Below, one piece after another: positions 7,380-11,750 of a DNA stretch of 11,750 bases (its first letter is position 1; each line of letters opens with the position of its first letter). The translations under genes and the position numbers were made by a program. Source of the DNA: an uncultured bacterium (lineage in GTDB: Bacteria; Hydrogenedentota; Hydrogenedentia; Hydrogenedentales; JAEUWI01); the NCBI GenBank assembly GCA_963977445.1, contig CAXBPH010000220.1, positions 1 through 11,750 of the forward strand, given 5' to 3'. Under the pieces are notes generated by a model, which ran no database searches, had not been told where the DNA came from, and saw only the letters and a program-made list of their open reading frames with translations.

Positions 7380-9179
7380 TTATTTTTCAATCGTGAATTC
7401 GTCGCGCAGCGCACCTTCGATGTCGTAGGCCTTGTAGGTCAGCTTATTGCCGTCGATTTTAAGATCGAGGACCTGATAGGTGGAAACGTTGGTCATGCCG
7501 AATTCGGTGTAATCGAAATCACCCTGGTCGTAGTGCTTCGTTCCAGAAACGGAGACGATATAGATCGTGCCTTCGGCTGGTGTTTCCACTTTCGCATCGT
7601 TGTTCATGGGCCAGGTGCGCAGGTAGGCGTGGTCATGTCCCTGCAGGGCCAGATCGACGTGGTATTTATCGAAAAGGGGACCCCAAACTTCGCGAATTTC
7701 TGGATTATTGCGGTCCGCGCCAGAGGAATAGGCCGGGTGGTGATAAATCGCAAACTTCCACAGCTTATCGGAGGCCGCCAATTGGGCATCAAGCCATTCC
7801 ACCTGATCCGCCGGTGCCACGTTGGAGTCGAGCACCACAAAAAGGGCGTTGCTGTATTCAAAGTGGTAGGCCCGCTCCGGCGTCACGCCTTCGGGACCAT
7901 TCAAAGGCAGGTTGAAGAGGGACAAATACATCCAGGGACCCTTGTCGCCCTGGTCCTCGTGGTTGCCAATGGCCGGAACCAGTTGTTTCCGATTGAAAAT
8001 GCCATCCGCGTTGTAGAAAAAAGTATCCCAGTCATCCCGCTCGTTGCCCCGGTTAATCAAATCGCCCGCCATGATATAAAACGCCGCGTCAGGTTCCGCA
8101 GCATAGGATTGATGGGCCAGCTTGCCCCACGTGTCCAGACCATTTTGGGCATCGCCCATATAGATAAATTTAAACGGCGTATCGCCCGCAGGGGCCGTAA
8201 CAAATTCGACCGGCTCGCTCCAACCGATGACGGAGCCATCTCCCACTTCATACTCATACACCGTGCCGGGCTCCAGGCCAATGAGGTTGACGACATGGCG
8301 ATTGATGATGGGGTCGTTGATGGTGTTGTGGCTGACCAGGGGCGTCATCGTCGCGGCGATTGTAATCCACCGTTCCGCAGCCTCGCTACCCGGTAACTTT
8401 TTCAAACGGTAACGGAGTGCCGCCTGGTCGATAGCCGTGCTCGTGCGCCACTGCACCGTCTGGGTGGTCTTTGGGTCGCCGGTCCACGTGAGTACCACCT
8501 GATCGGGCGCTTCGGTCGCCGGGAAGTCGGTGGTCTGATAGACGTTGGTCAACTTGGCCGAGCGGCGCTTGTTTTCGTTTCCACGAAAAAGGGTCTGCCC
8601 CGCGAGCGCTTCCGGTACGGCCGTCAGTCGGGTTTCGTCCCAACTCACATAGACGCGCTCTCCCTTATTGAAGTTGCCTACCGTATACTGGCCCGGATAA
8701 ATCTGGTCGATATTGATAATATCACCGCTGTTTTGTGGCGTCATGACCGCGAAATAATGGTCGCCATCGCCACTCAATGAGTTGACACCCAGACCGATTT
8801 CGCCAGCGGGAAAATCTTTTCGCCAGCCTTCATAATCCCCGTCGTCCGAGGAAGCAATCAGATCGGTCTTTTCAAAACCCCGATCTCCCAGCCAGAAAAC
8901 CACTTCGCCCATGTCGGCCTTGCGAAACACATACAGGGTCACCGGCACATTCACCCGGAAAGTCACGTGCTCTTGCCCGAGCACATGACGCTCGTCTTCG
9001 GTGAGGGTTGCGTAGACTTTTTCTACCGAAATATTCTTCAATTCTTCTTCCGGCAGGGTCTGCTGCAGACGCTGTACAACCCCGGCGACCGTGTCGTGGA
9101 CCGAGGGGTGGTTGCCCACGTGGGCCTGGGCGGCGTTGGCCATGGTGAGAACAAGGAGGAGTCCGAAGAGACGACGCAT
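7380..9179 (-). CDS. Exported metallophosphoesterase with FN3-like (purple acid phosphatase N-terminal) domain and an extra N-terminal domain
   Basis: Calcineurin-like motifs MGDAQ, AGDLIN, GNHE, YHHP, QGHDH. FN3-like PDQVVLTW...HVVNLIGLEPGTVYEYEVG. Start moved from 9251 to ATG 9179 because of the GAAAGGA RBS and signal peptide MRRLFGLLLVLTMANAAQA. Confidence 0.88.
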   Translation of the reverse strand: MRRLFGLLLVLTMANAAQAHVGNHPSVHDTVAGVVQRLQQTLPEEELKNISVEKVYATLTEDERHVLGQEHVTFRVNVPVTLYVFRKADMGEVVFWLGDRGFEKTDLIASSDDGDYEGWRKDFPAGEIGLGVNSLSGDGDHYFAVMTPQNSGDIINIDQIYPGQYTVGNFNKGERVYVSWDETRLTAVPEALAGQTLFRGNENKRRSAKLTNVYQTTDFPATEAPDQVVLTWTGDPKTTQTVQWRTSTAIDQAALRYRLKKLPGSEAAERWITIAATMTPLVSHNTINDPIINRHVVNLIGLEPGTVYEYEVGDGSVIGWSEPVEFVTAPAGDTPFKFIYMGDAQNGLDTWGKLAHQSYAAEPDAAFYIMAGDLINRGNERDDWDTFFYNADGIFNRKQLVPAIGNHEDQGDKGPWMYLSLFNLPLNGPEGVTPERAYHFEYSNALFVVLDSNVAPADQVEWLDAQLAASDKLWKFAIYHHPAYSSGADRNNPEIREVWGPLFDKYHVDLALQGHDHAYLRTWPMNNDAKVETPAEGTIYIVSVSGTKHYDQGDFDYTEFGMTNVSTYQVLDLKIDGNKLTYKAYDIEGALRDEFTIEK

Positions 9180-9333
9180 TGGGAATTCCTTTCGAGGGTA
9201 CACCCGTATTTGTTGGGAAATCTGGGGCGTTTTGTTGCAGCGAACGGACAATCACTCACGCCATTAGAGGCTTCCGGTACGTAGATTGAGGCTGCAGATC
9301 ATTTTGTTAAGTGTAGCGAGTGATTGTTCACGT

Positions 9334-9362
9334 ATTGTAAGTCACGACCTTGCCATTCTCAA
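9334..9362 (-). promoter_or_regulatory. Candidate sigma70 promoter of metallophosphoesterase gene
   Basis: Minus strand TTGAGA (9362-9357), 17-bp spacer, TACAAT (9339-9334). Confidence 0.55.
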
Positions 9363-9434
9363 GTCACCCAATCGAAGTTTTTCACCCGACACTCCGGACA
9401 CGTCCTCTTCACCCGGATTTAGGGAACTTTTTAG

Positions 9435-9476
9435 ACGGGCCGCCCGGGATTGCGTCACCTTCCCCGAGCGGCCCGT
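9435..9476 (-). terminator. Strong hairpin after the PEP-CTERM gene (terminator or mRNA-stabilising stem)
   Basis: Arms ACGGGCCGCCCGGG (9435-9448) and CCCGAGCGGCCCGT (9463-9476), fully paired on the minus strand with one G-U, 13 nt after the stop. No U-tract on the minus strand. Confidence 0.45.
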
Positions 9477-9489
9477 TCTGCTTTAGAAA

Positions 9490-10470
9490 CTATCCACGTG
9501 CTCCCGTGCGACGGGCTAACATGACAAGCCCCAGGCCGAGAAGGGTTAACGTCCCGGGTTCGGGAATGGGTGCCTGCACCGTGTGGATGACACCTATCGC
9601 GTCCAGATCCACGCCGCCACTCCCCCAGGTGACCCAGGCATCGTAGATGGGATTCCCGTAGGCGTCGAGGAAGTCGCCACTACCGGGTATGTCGACCAGA
9701 CGAACGTAGCCAACGTTGTTGAGGTCCAGGGTCCCGTTCTGCACGAGGGCGTGTCCCGACAGTTCCTCCAAGTCAAAGGGCGTCCCCCAACTCTGACCGG
9801 CCGTATTGGCGTGTTTGCCCGCCAGGTTGTAGTAGCCCGTAGGATCTAAGGTGCCATAGGCCCCAACACGCTCGTCTTGCAAGGCGTGGGCCGCAAAGCG
9901 GGCAAAATCAATCCCGTTTGACGACACTTCCACATAGGCCAATTCCCCAAACAGCATGCCTTCCACCGGCCCCAACGGGGGCACTATATAGTTGGTGAAA
10001 AAGCCGTTTTCGAAGATGGCAAAGTCCGCGCCGAAGCCATTCCCGATGCCCGTGTCAAAGGACATGGTGATCTGGCCGGGTCCGGGATTATTCACCGGAT
10101 CGGCGAGCCACGCGTTGATCTGCGATTGCGTCAGGTCACCAAGGGAGACGATATCGCTGTTACTGCCCGTAACCGCCCCCGTGAGTTTTCCCGGTGCCTG
10201 GAAGGTCGCCGACACCCCGGGAGCCGGGCTGTAGTCCGTGTACCCGGTTGCCCAGGCCGCGAACAGGGGATTTACATAGTTATTCGCCGTTGCTCTGCCG
10301 TCCCCGTCGGGTCCGACAAATCCTGCGATGGGATTGTCATAGGGGTTCGCATCATTGGGGTTCGCTATGCCGCCCGAGTAGGGGCCAATGGTGTCGGCCC
10401 CCGCAACGGATGGGATACACGACAATGCCAATAGGGTCCAATATGCAGTTATAGTGTGTTTCTTCTTCAT
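9490..10470 (-). CDS. PEP-CTERM-sorted cell-surface protein, candidate cobalamin-binding protein
   Basis: Signal peptide MKKKHTITAYWTLLALSCIPSVAGA and C-terminal IPEPGTLTLLGLGLVMLARR (PEP, TM helix, Arg cluster). Core motifs YSPAPG, VSLG, ITMSFD, GADFAIFEN, ELAYVEVSSNG, FDL, YVRLVD. Lies downstream of a B12 riboswitch. Binding function is inference. Confidence 0.9.
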   Translation of the reverse strand: MKKKHTITAYWTLLALSCIPSVAGADTIGPYSGGIANPNDANPYDNPIAGFVGPDGDGRATANNYVNPLFAAWATGYTDYSPAPGVSATFQAPGKLTGAVTGSNSDIVSLGDLTQSQINAWLADPVNNPGPGQITMSFDTGIGNGFGADFAIFENGFFTNYIVPPLGPVEGMLFGELAYVEVSSNGIDFARFAAHALQDERVGAYGTLDPTGYYNLAGKHANTAGQSWGTPFDLEELSGHALVQNGTLDLNNVGYVRLVDIPGSGDFLDAYGNPIYDAWVTWGSGGVDLDAIGVIHTVQAPIPEPGTLTLLGLGLVMLARRTGARG

Positions 10471-11017
10471 CTTGTGCTACATGCTCCACGTTACCCACAG
10501 CACCTTCGCCGGGGTCAAAGAATTAATGAAAGAGGGGTGATTGAGGGCGACCAGGCTCGTTGAATAGGTCGCGTTGCCTGCTCCATCCTTTCCGACGCTA
10601 TACGTCACAGTTTCTACGGTGAACATCGCGTGACGATGGGAGAAACGGAATCGAAAGGAGGGCGGGACAGGCAGGACGCAACTCCCCCACGCGCAACGTA
10701 TGGCGAAGAAGTTCTATCACTCTTGTCCGGACCGACCCTACCCTCGAGGATTCGATTCCCCATCGCTATGGCGATGTTGGAATCCGGTCGGTCTTCGGAA
10801 ACGCAACCGACCGCAACCTGTGCGGTCGATACCTGCGTTCCTGAACGTTCTGAACCTCCGGAAACCAATTGGGTTTGAGGTGCAGAAAACGTTCAGCCAG
10901 AGCGATGAACACAGGTGGAGGAGGGTGAAGGGAGCTGCAAAAGACCGAACAGGGCTGCGAACCGAAAACCGGGCTCAACAGCGCACGACCAGACGTGAAC
11001 GTTGCAGCGCCACAACA

Positions 11018-11349
11018 GCCTTTCCCACGAAGGCACAATCGTAGCTGGCACCAAATCGGCACCTCGATTCACGGGTAGGTCTTCGGACTTACAGGCGGAC
11101 CACGTATTCACGTGGATGTCTACTGGCCATCGCTTCCCAGTCCATAACGGACCAGTGCTTGCATCGCACCGTGTGTGCAATGGATGGCGGTCGTTCCTGC
11201 ATACCGCTGCGGGGCAGTCCCGGATTTTCACATCACCCATGCTGACTTAAAATCAGCATTCGGTGACCGCACTATCGACGTTTGCCAATAACGCGCGGGT
11301 TCCCTTTTCATCTGTATGGACCCATAGGGCCCAGACAGAACCAATGAAC
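11018..11349 (-). ncRNA. Cobalamin (AdoCbl-type, class I) riboswitch
   Basis: Minus strand in order: TGGTTC, P2 hairpin (11311-11339), TGAAAAGGGAACCCG, GTGAAAATCCGGGACTGCCCCGCAGCGGTA, GCACTG...ACTGGGAAG, AAGTCCGAAGACCTACC. Core spans 11067-11349. P13 GCCTT-cgtggga-AAGGC (11018-11034) has a loop that can kiss L5 CCCGC. Confidence 0.95.
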
Positions 11350-11360
11350 TAACGGAGCGG

Positions 11361-11390
11361 AGTGTAGCACGATGAATATCGGGCAGGCAA
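11361..11390 (-). promoter_or_regulatory. Candidate sigma70 promoter of the riboswitch transcript
   Basis: Minus strand TTGCCT, 18-bp spacer, TACACT with extended TGn. The predicted start near 11354 falls just before P1 (11349). Confidence 0.7.
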
Positions 11391-11481
11391 TGATGAATTC
11401 AGTACAACGCTGCTTAATACGTAGAGGTTCAACGCGGACGTCCGGTAAGCGTGCGGTTCGTCTACTGTACGTCGAAGACGT

Positions 11482-11503
11482 AAAACAACGGGCCTTCGGC
11501 CCG
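11482..11503 (-). terminator. Candidate intrinsic terminator upstream of the riboswitch promoter
   Basis: Minus strand CGGGCC-gaa-GGCCCG followed by TTGTTTT. Confidence 0.5.
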
Positions 11504-11750
11504 ATGCAGGCGGGCCGCCTGCGCTCCCAATTGTCAAAAGCTACCTTACAGCGATAGGGGCCAAGCCGCCGGTACGTTCGCCTTTTTGCAGGCGATTGCG
11601 TGCACTGCCAAAACTAACGAACTGAATTTTACCGAGGTCTACCTTCGCTTATTTAATCACTCAAAAATGCCCCGCTGCACCTGAATCGCGCAGCGGCTGG
11701 ATTCAAGTACTAAATGCAACATGCTGTATTATTCGTTGTTCAGTGAGGAC

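Noticed and set aside
7284..8396. 370-aa + strand ORF
   Set aside because: Antisense shadow of the metallophosphoesterase gene; no motifs.
10515..10586. 23-aa minus-strand uORF (MEQATRPIQRAWSPSITPLSLIL)
   Set aside because: The AAAGG abuts the ATG with no usable spacing; no other support.
10614..11250. Short ORFs of 82-115 aa across the leader and riboswitch
   Set aside because: They overlap conserved RNA motifs or stems and show no convincing RBS or family motifs.
11555..11615. c-di-GMP-I riboswitch-like fragment (GCCAAGCCGCCGGT)
   Set aside because: The GGCAAA/GAAA P1-P2 elements and the tetraloop receptor are missing.

Overview
GC-rich bacterial chromosomal region with two convergent gene sets. 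On the + strand: a miaA - DUF1572 (DinB-like) - SGNH-like membrane-anchored protein operon, then a stand-alone REP-associated tyrosine transposase (RAYT/TnpA-REP) flanked on each side by a ~140-bp REP doublet with a GGAG head. On the - strand: four exported proteins (FAD-dependent oxidoreductase, right-handed beta-helix protein, FN3/metallophosphoesterase, PEP-CTERM surface protein). The PEP-CTERM gene lies downstream of a cobalamin riboswitch. That riboswitch has a 64-nt two-hairpin insertion splitting P4, and is followed by a ~600-nt structured leader holding what looks like a second copy of the riboswitch 3' half. The regulated protein resembles Bacteroides B12-binding surface proteins. All calls come from reading motifs by eye; no searches or folding programs were run.
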